From: Heptranchias perlo
Lineage: Eukaryota
Direction of reading: 5' to 3'
Assembly (NCBI RefSeq): GCF_035084215.1
Contig: NC_090340.1
Coordinates: 4,216,001 to 4,280,000, forward strand
Length of the DNA stretch: 64,000 nt
Under the pieces are notes generated by a model. The model worked only from the letters and a program-made list of their open reading frames with translations. It searched no databases and had not been told where the DNA came from. The position numbers and the translations under genes were made by a program. Shown here piece after piece: positions 50,280 through 62,888 of this stretch (position 1 is the stretch's first letter; every line of letters starts with the position of its first letter).

Positions 50280-52268
50280 CCTGGTTCAATCAACAGTGTC
50301 GAATAGCATGCCAGGAGCAGCACCAGGCATACCTAAAATAGAGGTGCCAACCTGGTGAAGCTGCAACACAAGCATGCTAATGACCAGAAGTAAAAATGCT
50401 ATCGAAAAAGCTAAGCGATTCCACAACCAACGGATCAGATCAAAGCTCTGCATTCCTGCCACATCCGGTCGTGAATGGTAGTGGACTATTAAACAACTAA
50501 CGGGAGGCGGAGGCTCCGTGAACATCAACATTCACAATGCAGGGTCCAGCAGGTGAGTGCAAAAGACAAGAATGAAGCGTTTGCAAACATCTTCAGCCAG
50601 AACTGCCGATGATCCATTTTGGCCTCCTCCCGATATCCCCACCATCGCAGAAGCCAGTCTTCAGCCAATTCGATTTACTCCACGTGCTATCAAGAAACGG
50701 CTGAGTGCACTGCATATAACAAAGGAAATGGGCCCCGACAACATCCCGGCTGCAGTGCTGAAGACTTGTGCTTCAGAACTATCCGCCTCTAGCCAAACTG
50801 TTCCAGCACAGCTACTACACTGGCATCTATTCAACAATGTGGAATATTGCCCAGGTATGTCCTGTCCACAAAAAGCAAGACAAATCCAATCCTGCCACTT
50901 ACCAACCCATCAGTCCACTCGCATTCATTAGCAAAGTGATGGAAGGTGTCATCGACAGTGCTATCAAGTGGTACTTTCTCACCAATAACCTGCTCACCGA
51001 TGCACAGTTTGGGTTCTACCAGGACCACTCGGCTCCAGACCTCATTACCGCCTTGGTCCAAACATGGACAAAAGAGTAGATTTGAAGAGGTGAGTGAGAG
51101 TGACTGCTTTTGACATCAAAGCAGCATTTGACCGAGTATGGCACAAATGAGCCCTCGTAAAATTGAAGTCAATGGGAATCAGGGGGGAAAACTGTCCAGT
51201 GGCTGGAGTCATACATAGCACAAAGGATAATGGTAGTAGTTGTTGGAGGCCAATCATCTCAGCCCCGGGACATTGCTGCAGGAACTCTTCAGGGCAGTGA
51301 CCAAGGTCCAACCATCTTCAGCTGCTTCATGAATATCCTGCCCTCCATCGTAAGGTCAGAAATGGGGATGTTCGCTGATGATTGTACAGTGTTCAGTTAC
51401 ATTCGTAACCCCTCAGATAATGATGCAGACTGTGACCGCATGCAACAAGGCCTGGACAACATCCAGGCTTGGGCTGATAAGTGGCAAGTAACAATCGCAC
51501 CACACAAGTGTCAGGCAATGACAATTTCCAATAAGAGAGAGTCTAACCACCTCCCCATGAAATTCAACGGCGTTACCATCGCCGAATCCCCCAAAATCAA
51601 TATCCTGGTCAGAACTGACCAGAAACTTAACTGGACCAGTCGCATAAGTACTGTGGCTAACAGAGCAGGTCAGAGGTTGGGTATTCTGTGGCAAGTGACT
51701 CACCTCCTGACTCTCCAAAGCCATTCCACCATCTACAAGGCGCAAGTCAGGAGTGTGATGGAATACTCTCCACTTGCCTGGATCAGTCCAGCCCCAACAA
51801 CACTCAAGAAGCTCGACAAAATCCAGGACAAATCAGCCCGCTTGATTGGCACCCCATCCACCATGCTAAACATTCACTCCCTTCAACACCGGCTCACCGT
51901 GGGTTCAGTGTATACCATCCACAGGATGCACTTTAGCAAATCGCCAAGGCTTCTTTGACAGTACCTCCCAAACCCGTGTCCTCTACCACCTAGTAGGACA
52001 ATGGCAGCAGGCACATGGGAACAACACCACCTGCACGTTCCCCTCCAAGTCACACACCATCCCGACTTGGAAACATATCTCCGTTCCTTCATCCTCGCTG
52101 GTTCAAAATTCTGGAATTCCCTACCTAACAGCACTGTGGGAGAACCTTCACCACATGGACTGCAGCGGTTCAAGAAGGCGGCTCATCACCACCTTCTCAA
52201 GGGCAATTGGAATAGGGAATAAATGCTCGCCTTGCTAGCGACATTTCATGAACGAATAGAAAAAAAAA
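50280..52268 (+). mobile_element. Zenon-like LINE, 5'-truncated
   Basis: ORFs 50557-50931, 50768-51079, 51230-51958 and 52001-52222; A tail. Confidence 0.9.
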
Positions 52269-52779
52269 CTTTCTCGGATATCCCGCCCTAAAGTTGGCGG
52301 AAGATCGGTGGAAAAGCTACAAAAACGCCATGGGGGTGAAGTTCAACTGTGTGGTGGTGATGGAGGGGATGGGGTCAAAACTGGTGATAGCGGATTGTCC
52401 GTCCATTATGCACACCGCCTGCCTTTCTTTTATGTTGAATGCAATGATATGAGTGCCAGATATGATCCTCTCAGTTTCCCACAGGGAGTGTTATGTTTAA
52501 ACCAATCCAGAACTTTTCTCTCGGCATTTTGCGAATCATCCGCCGAAGTTGCGACGAACAGTCGAGAAAACTCGCGAAGGAAATGTAAGTCTAGTGTGTC
52601 CGGAGGTTTGCTCACCAATTCCTGACGCCTGTCCTCCCAATTCCAGAGTATGCCCTTTGCGGGATAGAAGCTGTATCACAAACCTTCAAAATGGAATCGG
52701 TCCTCCAGCGATCAGAGTCGCGTATCTTTGTGAAAGTGAACAGACACAGGGCACACAATACCAGTAAGGCCTCATTGCT

Positions 52780-53110
52780 ATGGTAGGAAATTTAATCCTT
52801 AGGCAACAGTGTAAAATGGGCGATATCCAATTGGCCGCTCATTATAAGCCCTGGTCTATTCTCCCTCCACTGACTTCGATGGAAAGGGAAATCCGACACA
52901 ATAATGGACGGCTGATTACATCGCCCGGTTTGCATCATAGCCCGAAGTTAAACTTACCCAATGAGCGATAGTATAAAATGGGCGATAGCGAATGGACAGC
53001 CCATGAGAAATCTCTCTCGATTTTTATTTCCCTTGACTGTAATTGACTAAAACGGGCTGCCGATTCGCTATCACCTGATTTATACCATCAAACAAAGTCA
53101 AATTACCCGC
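52780..53110. mobile_element. Two tandem hairpin MITE-like elements (a partial third at about 52330-52450)
   Basis: 'tgtaaaatgggcgat' ... 'atcgcccggtttgca' and 'tataaaatgggcgatagcgaat' ... 'attcgctatcacctgatttata' inverted arms. Confidence 0.7.
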
Positions 53111-54749
53111 TGTGGATTGAAATTTATAGGGCATTTGAATTTCAGAGAAATCCAGCAGTTAAAAAACACATCGGCCTCCTCAGTGTTCTCTCTTCTTCCT
53201 CCGAAACGAACTCTGCCACTAAGCAGACCCAGTTCCGGTGCGGGGTCGCAGCCGTTGAAATGACGCACTTGAAGTCGGAAAGAATTAACCTTCTCGCGAT
53301 GTATGAATATAAAGCAGATGTTAAAATTATATTAAAAGTTGTGTATAATAGTTACCGTGGCTAACCACATTACTTCTTTCCACTAGGTTGAAATAAATTA
53401 AGCGCTTGAAGTACTGAAGACGGGAAAGGTGCTCACAGCCGCTTTCTCAAGTACACGGAAACAGCGATATTGGAATAAATGCGGGGCAGCAGTTTTCAGT
53501 ACAACAGAAACCACATCACGGTTTTGGTAAAAGGTCAGATTAAGTCATACCTATCTGTAAACGCCAGCAGTGGAACACCGACTCGATAACCCCTTCACTG
53601 CTGTAGATAAAATATATCTGCTGTATTTCTATTTCGTCCAGTCCATCGTGGTGACATTTTAAAGGGATAGCATTTCTTTTGCCGCTATCTGCAGCCCGCT
53701 GGTTACATTGTAGATGTGTGCGTCTTCTTAGATAAGTCGTTAACGCATTAACATCCATCAGCTTATTTAGTAACGCACACGTTCATTCTCCCAGAGCTAC
53801 AGCGAACCCTCTCATCCCGTGTACACCTACCTGAGAGTCAATCTCTTCGAAAAGAGTCAAACTATTCGGGAATGACATTTATTGATAATCTGAACGATGT
53901 TACTTCAAGAGGGCGGGGTAAATGCAAGTACACGTGAAAACAACATTTTCACCAACAGATCAATCATAAGAAAGGCAATAATTGGATATCTGACAGATGT
54001 TCAAATCACCCCGATGAGGCGCGGCTTGGAGCAATGACTGAAACATCCGACTGAATCTGCACCCATATGAGTGGGAATCATCAACTGAGAGAGGACGAAA
54101 TGTTTATATTTGGATTGAGCTGGTGGGGGTGAGTTATGTGGGATGCAGCTTAGTCTTTCGAAAAGTTTCAACGATATGAAACGATAACACAATTCTTCAG
54201 TAAATTTGTAAAAAAATCCACGTGCAAGAATTTACTCCAGTAATGAAGATTTTATTACAGTTTAAAACAGTTTTGTTTTGGAGCCGTGTTGTACAACTGT
54301 GTTCCCTGTCGCCTAACCGTTCATGTCAAAATACATTAATATGTTGGTTTCTCTTTCTCTGGTGCACCATGGACACTTTTTCTGCCTACACGTCACCACT
54401 ACTGCTTCATTCATCTCATTTACTGCCCTACTCGTTCTGCTACATTTTTAGATGTGCCGTCTTTCGGGTAAGAAGTTGGACCCAGACCCTGTAGCCCTCT
54501 GCCGATCAAATTGCCGCGCAAGATCCCATGACAGGATCGTAAGAAAAATAAGACATTTTCTTGGGAGCTGGGTAGCATGCCTCCCAAAACCAACCCCAGC
54601 AAAACAGAATAATAGATAATTTATCTCATTGATTCTTTAAAATTGGCTGCCTGCATAATAACAGCCATTACACTTCAAGAAGAAATTCCTTGTTCGTAAA
54701 AGAGGTTTGGGATATGATGAAGACGTAATATGTCACTTTATATGTTAGC

Positions 54750-55200
54750 CTATGCTCATTTGTCGCATTCCTGCCTCCATATCAGAAGGTTGAGAGTTCA
54801 AGCCCCGCCCCCTCCCAAAGAACTGAGCACGTAGCCGAGACTGACACGCCAGTGCAGTATTGAAGGATTGCTGCACTTTCAGACATGTGGTCTTTCCAAA
54901 GAGACATTAAGCTGCTCTCTTAGGTCGACGTTAAATATCCCATGATACTACTGGAAGAAGGGCAGGGGAGCTCTCCCTAGTTTCTTGATTAATTTTTATT
55001 CCTCAGCCAACATCAGTAAATAAACAGATTATCTAGTCATTATCTCATTGCTGTTTGTGTGATCTTGCTGTGCGAAAATTGGCTGTGGGTTTAATACATT
55101 ACAGCAGTGAAACTTCAAAAGTATTTCATTGGCGGTAAAATGATTTCAGAGGTCCTAAGGCCGTGAAAGGCGCTAAATAAATGCAAGTTCTTTCTTTCTC
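54750..55200 (+). mobile_element. DeuSINE/SacSINE1-like SINE
   Basis: tRNA-like head (tcagaaggttgagagttcaagccc), Deu-domain-like body, L2-type tail 'gtgaaaggcgctaaataaatgcaagttctttc'. Confidence 0.8.
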
Positions 55201-56245
55201 TCTGCTATTTCTCTGTATATTTTTCAACCTTTGCGTGTTCCTCGTCATCTTCAACTAGTTATCTTAATTATATTCTCTTTCCTTGCTGGTTTTCCTTATA
55301 AATCCTGCACAATGTGAGTTAGTAATTCCCAGTTGTTCGCCTGTTTCTGAGAAGGATCTATCCAACCCCTCCTGAAACTGTGCAATTACAACTTCAAAGC
55401 AAACTCATTTTCTGCAGAAACGAGCTACGACCATAATTAAGGCCCAACTTGGCATTCTCGCGCTGAAATGCATACAACGGCTGTTTCTTCCTTCGGGCGC
55501 TACCGATACCGAAGTGTGCCAGCAAGTACTGCTGACCATGAAATTCGTGAGCCCATAATGCCTGATCTTCTGCCTTTAAACGTACCCTAGGCAGAAATAA
55601 AAACACTGCGGAAATATAATTTCCTGCCCAGTGATCCTTGCAAGCGCCTTTCCACGCAGCACCTCGAGATCAGCCCCTGCCGTGACCATGTGATGCATCG
55701 CACACGCGTTTAATGGCACCATCTCTTCCGGACAGGGTTTCAAGCGTTGGTGGTGATTCATGAGATATGAACAAGTGTTTTTAGACTGCTGACTCAGTAG
55801 TTATGATGTGAATCAATAATATATCAGAAAATGACCAAGTGTCATTACATCAAACAATCGGGGCATTTCCGTTAGTGACAGTTTTGAATAATGGAGACCT
55901 TGTTATTTTGAGCATGAAGGGAAATTTATCCCAGAATTGTTGGAGAAAGAGACCAAGTCGGATTCTGCAGGGAGCACGGAAATAATATTTTGGTTCATTG
56001 GGGGCTTTGTTCCGGAGCAATAATAAAATTAAAAATACAAGCTGAACTCTGATTTTTCATCTGAATTAATCATTTTTACCCTTTACGGTGCTGCTAATAT
56101 GTATGACCACGTCTCTTCTGGGCGTAGTCCCACTTACTTCATAGTGTTAGGTTTGATAAATTAAGACATTCTACATTCAGCAACGGAGACAACCATAGTT
56201 GTTCCCAGAATTCGTAAAATATCTGATGCTAAATCGCTAACTTGA

Positions 56246-57593
56246 TTTTTTTTATTCGTTCATGGGATGTGGGCGTCGCTGGGGAGGCCAGCATTTATTG
56301 CCCATCCGTAATTGCACTTGAGAAGGTGGTGGTGAGCCTCCTTCTTGAACCGCTGCAGTCCGTGTGCTGAAGGTTCTCCCACAGTGATGTTTGGAAGGGA
56401 GGTCCAGGATTTTGACCCAGCGACGATGAAGGAACGGCGATATATTTCCAAGTCGGGATGGTGTGTGACTTGGAGGGGAACGTGCAGGTGGTGTTCTTCC
56501 CATGTACCTGCTGCTGTTTTGCTGCTAGGTGGTAGGGGTCGCGATTTTGGGAGGTGCTGTCGAAGAAGCCTTGGCGAGTTGCTGCAGTGCATCCTGTGGA
56601 TGGTACACACTGCAGCCACTGTGCGCCAGTGGCGAAGGGAGTGAATGTTTAGGGTGGTGGATGGGCTGCCAATCAAGCGGGCTGCTTTGTCCTGGATGGT
56701 GTCGAGCTTCTTAAGTGTTGTTTTAACTGCACTCGTCCAGGCAAGTGGAGTGTATTCCATCACACTCCTGACTTGTGCCTTGTAGGTGGTGGAAAGGCTT
56801 TGGGGAGTCAGGAGGTGAGTCACTCGCCGCTGAACACCCAGCCCCTGACCTGCTCTTGTAGCCACAGTATTTATATGGCTGGTCCAGTTAAGTTTCTGGT
56901 CAATGGTGACCTCCAGGTTGATGATGGTGCGGGATTCGGCGATGGTAATGCCGTTGAATGTCATGGGGAGGTGGTTAGACTCTCTCTTGTTGGAGATGGT
57001 CATTGCCTGGCACTTGTCTGGTGCGAATTTTACTTGCCACTTATGATCCCAAGCCTGGATGTTGTGCAGGTCTTGCTGCATGCGGGCTCGGACTGCTTCA
57101 TTATTTGAGGGGTTGCGAATTGAAGTGAACACTGTGCAATCATCAGCGAATATCCCCATTTCTGACCATATGATGGAGGGAAGGTCATGGATGAAGCAGC
57201 TGAAGATGGTTGGGCCTAGGACACTGCCCTGAAGAACTCCTGCATCAATGCCTTGGGGCTGAGATGATTGGCCTCCAACAACCACTACCGTCTTCCTTTG
57301 TGCTAGATATGACTCCAGCCATAGAGTTTTCCCCCTGATTCCCATTGACTTCAATTTTACTAGTGCTCCTTGGTGCTACTCTCTGTCAAATGCTACCTTG
57401 ATGGCAAGGGCAGTCACTCTTATCTCACCTCTGGAATTCAGCTCTTTTGTCCATGTTTGGACCAAGGCTGTGATGAGGTCTGGAGCTGAGTGGTCCTGGC
57501 GGAACCCAAACTGAGCGTCGGTGAGCAGGTTATTGGTGAGTGAGTGCCGCTTGATAGCACTGTCGACGACACCTTCCATCACTTTGCTGATGA
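56246..57593 (-). mobile_element. Zenon-like LINE, 5'-truncated
   Basis: 364-aa RT/C-terminal ORF 56260-57354 and ORF 57376-57651. Confidence 0.92.
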
Positions 57594-58799
57594 TTTTCCT
57601 GTTTCTACACTTAATATATATTATAGAGCCATTACGGCCTGAAACTTCCACATAGAAAACTCAGCTTTTTATATGTTCATAAATAATCGGTAAAAAATTC
57701 TAATTTTTCATTCCCTGTGAGTCATGAGAAGCTTGGGAATTTGATCATTGAATCTTTCCTTTGAGGTTCTTCATCACCTTCAGATAATGTACAACGACCA
57801 TTATTACCCAGTATAATGAGTTTCCCACTTCATCATACTTCACAATAAATACGCTTTTTTTTTCAATTGAAATTGTTGGGTGAAGGTCAAGGATACTTGA
57901 TTGTTTGAAACGAGAAGTAGAGAAAACGAGATGAATCCAAAAGCACCGATTAGGTGATGTCCCAGGACCCCAGCTTTATCGTGATTACATCCAGACAGAT
58001 TTTCAATGAATCTGATAGTGTTGGTTCTGCAGCCCTTGCTGAACAAGTATTTCAGTCGCTGACTTGAAAAGAAAACTTCCGGATACCTCTTTATTAAAAT
58101 ATTTGTTATAATCTGCTTACGGCCTTGTATTTGTGTAGTCATGTAAGCCTTTTTTGATTTTAGACTTAAGAGGAATGGAAATATCTCCTGAGCTCTATGT
58201 GCTACCAAATCTTTAACTTTATCCTTACCAGAGTTGAAACGTGAAGAGGTGGTAGGAAGGAATGTGATATATTTTTATTTCACCAGAACAAAATCTTACA
58301 AGTAGATGTATTACAGAAGAAAAATCAATAAAATACAAGAAGGCAAAAAAAAATCCCCATATTCGATGATATGAATACTCTTTCATGAGCTCATTCTGTT
58401 AACACTCGAATAACAATGATACATTGGAAAGATCATTTCAGTTAAATGGATACGAAGAACATGAGAAAAGTCAAGAACCAGTAAAGACCAGTCGTCTCAC
58501 TGAAGCTCATCGCACTCGTACCCCAGCTCTCCCATTAGGGCATCCAGACACATTTACAACGCACTCAACAGTTTTGGTTCTGTTGCTCCTTTTGAAGAAG
58601 TATTCCAGCCTCTGAGTAAAAAACAACTATTTCTTATTTGTTTAGTTTATGTTTTGTCCTCTGGTATTCCTTCCGGGATTTAGTTTGAAACTCTGCATTC
58701 ATCTTATCTGTACTATTTAATGTTTTATAGATCCCAGTAAGTTCCTAAATTAACTGCTTTCTTCCGAGCCTGCAGTGCTTGACCTCCTCTACCAGCGCT

Positions 58800-59260
58800 C
58801 GCCTTGGATCAGTAATAGCATTCCCCTCTCTGATTCAGAAAGATAATATTTGAATACCCACTCAAAGACTCGAGCACATAATCTAGGCTGACACTTCAAG
58901 ATAGTACTGAGGGATGCTGCACTGTCGGAGGATGCCTTCTTTCGGATGAGACGTTAAGTCAAGTCCCCGTCTGTCCTCTCAGATGGAAGTAAGTGATCCC
59001 ATGACACTATTTCAAGAAGAGCAGCGAAGTTCTCCTGGTGTCCTGGCCAATATTTATCAACAAATCAACGTCACTAAAACAGTTATCTGATCACAGATGT
59101 TAATTGTTGTTTATGGGATCTTGTGTGCAAATTGGCTGCCCCGTTTGCCCTACTTTACAACAGTGACTACACTTCAAAAGTACTTCAGTGACTATGAATC
59201 GTTTTGGGATGAGCACAGGTCGCAGAAAGCGCTACATGAATGCAGTTTTGTTCTTTGTTC
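58800..59260 (+). mobile_element. DeuSINE/SacSINE1-like SINE
   Basis: Homologous to 54750-55200; 'gggatcttgtgtgcaaattggctgcc...acagtgactacacttcaaaagtacttca'. Confidence 0.82.
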
Positions 59261-59898
59261 CTTCCTAGCTGATTCCCCGTTCACTGAGATTAATTTTGCT
59301 CCACTCCTTGCACCAATCCAATCCCTATGGCCAGACTTCAATGGGACAGAAAATCCAGCAGAGTGCAAAATGAGCTGCCGATTCGCTATCGCCTGTATTG
59401 TGCTATCGTTTCTACCACATACAAATTAAATCCGCAATTTTCAAATAACTCAAGTCACTGACACCTTAACGATCACGGTGTTGTGATTTAGGAAGCAGCT
59501 ACCAATCAGTAATCCGCACCAAATCCAATCCTTTCCAAACTGCAGAGAATTCAATCAGCACAAATCAGCAATAAGCAAATGCAGGTTCGAACACGAACCA
59601 GATGCGTGGCCATGAAGGTCTATGGCCGGTTAAAACAGAGCTTGGACATTACTGTCACTTGGATTTCTGCAATCTATTTCATCATCAGCTTGTAAAATAA
59701 GGCGAAGGGGACAGTCAAACAGGAGCGCCGTTTTTACATCCACTCTGGCCGTTAATTATTAACTATTATACATTGGTACTCTCCACCATTCCACTTAGAA
59801 TAGTTGCCATTATCTTGCCTGTTATTAATTTCAGGTTAATGAGCCTGCAGTTAGATACACTTAAACAAATAAAACGGGTTCACCATTGGTCACGAATA

Positions 59899-60066
59899 TT
59901 ACTTGGCTTTCCGTTCCTCGGAAATAACGTCTGCTCTTTGGTTTTTCATCCGAAGCTGAGCGTACTCCGTGCTTTTATCCTTACGTGGAGGCTTTGCTGT
60001 TTTTTTGGAGCTTGTCATGTCTATTGAAGCGTAGGTCAGCTGGTTTTCGGGTGCCCTTTGCTTGGT
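59899..60066 (-). CDS. Terminal cytoplasmic exon of SIRP-like inhibitory receptor (ITIM LTYASI, TEYAQL motif)
   Basis: Acceptor 'ttgatttcacag|', phase 0, open 55 aa TKQRAPENQLTYASIDMTSSKKTAKPPRKDKSTEYAQLRMKNQRADVISEERKAK* (not in the ORF track). Confidence 0.82.
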   Translation of the reverse strand, partial: TKQRAPENQLTYASIDMTSSKKTAKPPRKDKSTEYAQLRMKNQRADVISEERKAK

Positions 60067-60279
60067 CTGTGAAATCAATGTATGGGAATCTCATCAGTTC
60101 GATAATTTAACTGTATGTAGATTACTTTTAATCAAATCATTGGAATAACCAGAACTTCGAAGAATCAGGGCTAAATACAACAGATTACCAAATATCTATT
60201 GAAGCTATTTCTTGCACCATCCCGCATGTCCGTTAATTACAGGTAATTTGTGTCTCTTTGTTCTGCTCCTCGGCCCGAC

Positions 60280-60378
60280 CTGGGCATACACTGTCCTCTC
60301 TTGATGCTTTGGTCTTGGATCTTTCCTGGACTTGGTCATATCTAGTGCAGCATAAGGCGCCATCACATCCACTGTTGC
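60280..60378 (-). CDS. Penultimate cytoplasmic exon of SIRP-like inhibitory receptor
   Basis: Acceptor 'ttttgccttttattctatgcag|', 99 bp phase 0-0, ATVDVMAPYAALDMTKSRKDPRPKHQERTVYAQ|gtcggg; splices in frame to 60066. Confidence 0.8.
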
Positions 60379-61404
60379 CTGCATAGAATAAAAGGCAAAA
60401 TTATATCTTGTTATGCTGTTGGGGCAGATAACGCGGTTGGACGCTCCCTGCGAAGAACGATGCAAGCAGGCCCGGAAATCATGGGTCCAGAGTCCATCCA
60501 TTAAATTAATGGATGGAAATTCAGTTGCAGCATAAACTGCGAAGATCATAACATTGTCATGATTAACAACAACAAAATAGATTAATCCATGGTCCAAGGA
60601 AGACCATAGGATAAAAGTCCTGTCTTTATAAAATAATAAAACACATCCTACTGCAAATCAAGATACATAAAACTAAACTTAAAATAGACCTTCAGGAAAT
60701 CTAAAATACATAAAACTAATAGTGACAGAAAGGTAAAACATGGAGTCGGATCCAAAATTGGCAATAACAAGGAGGGTAAAATCATAATGGACAAACCAAC
60801 AATACGTAATTTTGTCGTGACTGCACCAGCGTCATTCTTGGTGGGGTCCCTTGAATTGCGAGGTTGTTCGCTCCAATCTTCCCCGGTAGGAACTGTCCAG
60901 CGAATGATGGTCGATATGAAAACATTCCTCAAAGGTCTCAACGAGGCGGTAATAGCGGGACTGCAGGAGTCTGCCCAGGGTACGTTCCAGCTGATTACGT
61001 TTCGCTCGGGTCGCTGATTCCACAAGCGGGGATGTTGTTTCACCGATCGTTCACTTCCGGATTGGAGCAAGCTCTCTGTTTTCCTCGTCCCCTTCTGTGT
61101 GTTCTCCTGACATCACCTATTCGTGTGTTCTTTGAACGGCCGTGAGATCGCACACGGTAAACGGCGGCAGTGAAACACACAAGAGTACTACGGTTGAGAG
61201 TTCTCTGGGCAGCCCATTTAGCCAATGTTTGTATGTTGTTGCCCGGCGGGACCACGAGGAGGCACGGCTCACTGCGACCGAGAACCCACAAGAAGGCCGC
61301 AGCCACGAAACTATGGCTCTCTTGGGAGACTAACGCCAAAAATGAATCCTAAGAGAGTCATAGTTAATCCCATATTGATGGCACCTAGTTATTGTGTCCC
61401 CCTC

Positions 61405-62888
61405 AAGTGGAAACATCTTCTCCATGTCTACCCCATCAAACCCTTTCATAATCTTAAAGGCCTCTATCAGGTCATCCGTCTCTCTTCTCTTTTCCAGGGA
61501 AAAGAGTCACAGCCTATTCAATCTTTCCTGATAAGTATAACCTCTCATTCCGGTATCATCCGAGTAAATATTTTTCACCTTCTCCCGTGCCTCTATATCG
61601 TTTTTATAATATGGAGAATAGAACTGTTCGCAATATTCCAAGTGTGGTCTGACCGTGATTCTGTACAAGTTTTGCCTAACTTCCCTGCTTTTCAATTCTA
61701 TCCCTCTGGAAATGAACCCCAGTGCTTGGTTTGCTTTTTTATGGTCTTATTAACCTGCATCGCTACTTTTAGTGATTTGTGTATCTGTACCCCTAAATCC
61801 CTCTGCTTCTCCACTCTGTTTTGACACTTATTTTCGAAGGAATATGTGGCCTCCTTATTATTCCGACCAAAATGTACCACCTCATATTTATCTATATTGA
61901 AATTCATTTTCGAATTACATGCCCATTCTGCAAGTTTACTAACGTCTTCCTGCATTTTGTCGGAGTCCTCCTCTGTATTAACTCTACGGCACAATTTGGC
62001 GTCGGCCACAAATTTTGAAATTGTACTTTCGATTCCCGAGTCCAAATCGTTTATGTAAATGGTGAACAACACTGGTCCCAGCAACGATCCTTGTGGAACA
62101 CCACTTCCCACCTTTTGCCAGTTTGAGTAACTACCTTTAACCCCCACTCTCTCCTTTCTGTTTTGTAACAAACTTGTTATCTATTCTGCTACTTATCCCC
62201 TGACGCAACATGCACTGACCTTAGTCATGAGTTTACTATGTGGTACCTTACCGAAGGCCTTTTGTAAATCCAAATCTATAACATCCACTACATTGCCCTT
62301 ATCTACACTTTCTGTAACTCCTTCAAATAATTCAATAATGTTGGTCACGCATGACCTTCCCTTTTGGAATCCGTGCTGACTATTCTTTATTCTCATTTTC
62401 GGTTTCGAGATTTTTCTCTATTACATCTTTGAGTAGGATTCCAATATCTTTCCGAATACTAACGTTAAGCTAATTGGTCTATAGTTCCCTGGACTTGTTT
62501 TATCTTCCTTTTTAAATGTAGGGATCAGATTAGCTGTCCTCCAGTTCTCTGGCACTATTACTTTTTGTAATGAATTTATATATATATATATATATATATG
62601 TAGAAGTGCCTCTACGATCTCTTCCTTAATGCTTTTAGTATGCTTCTGGACCTGGGCATTTATCCTCTCTAAGATTGATTACTTTATCAATTGCCTCCCC
62701 CTTTCTATCTTAAAGGTCTTTACATCTTTTTCGATCTCTTCTTCCAACGTCATGCCCACCATATTAGTCTCCCTGGTAAATACTGAAGCAAAGTAATTAC
62801 TTAATAATTCTGCCATTTCACTGTCGTTGCCTGTTGGTTTATCTTGTTTATCTATTAGTGGCCCGATCGCTAACCTGATTTTTCTTTT
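61405..62888 (-). mobile_element. CR1 RT fragment, containing a (TA)n at 62576-62599
   Basis: ORFs 61698-62171 (GVPQGSLLGP) and 62193-62396 (SQHGF, DLQKAF). Confidence 0.9.

Noticed and set aside
54369-58290. Candidate signal-peptide exons (54369-54467 +, 55405-55473 -, 58228-58290 -)
   Set aside because: Each has a stop, missing ATG or broken donor, and no linked V exon was found
54750-58870. tRNA-like sequences at 54760 and 58800 (also 10123) as tRNA genes
   Set aside because: Degenerate SINE heads continuing into SINE bodies
60205-60597. 130-aa ORF as a single-exon gene
   Set aside because: Only 60280-60378 is exon-like; the flanks are intronic read-through beyond good splice sites
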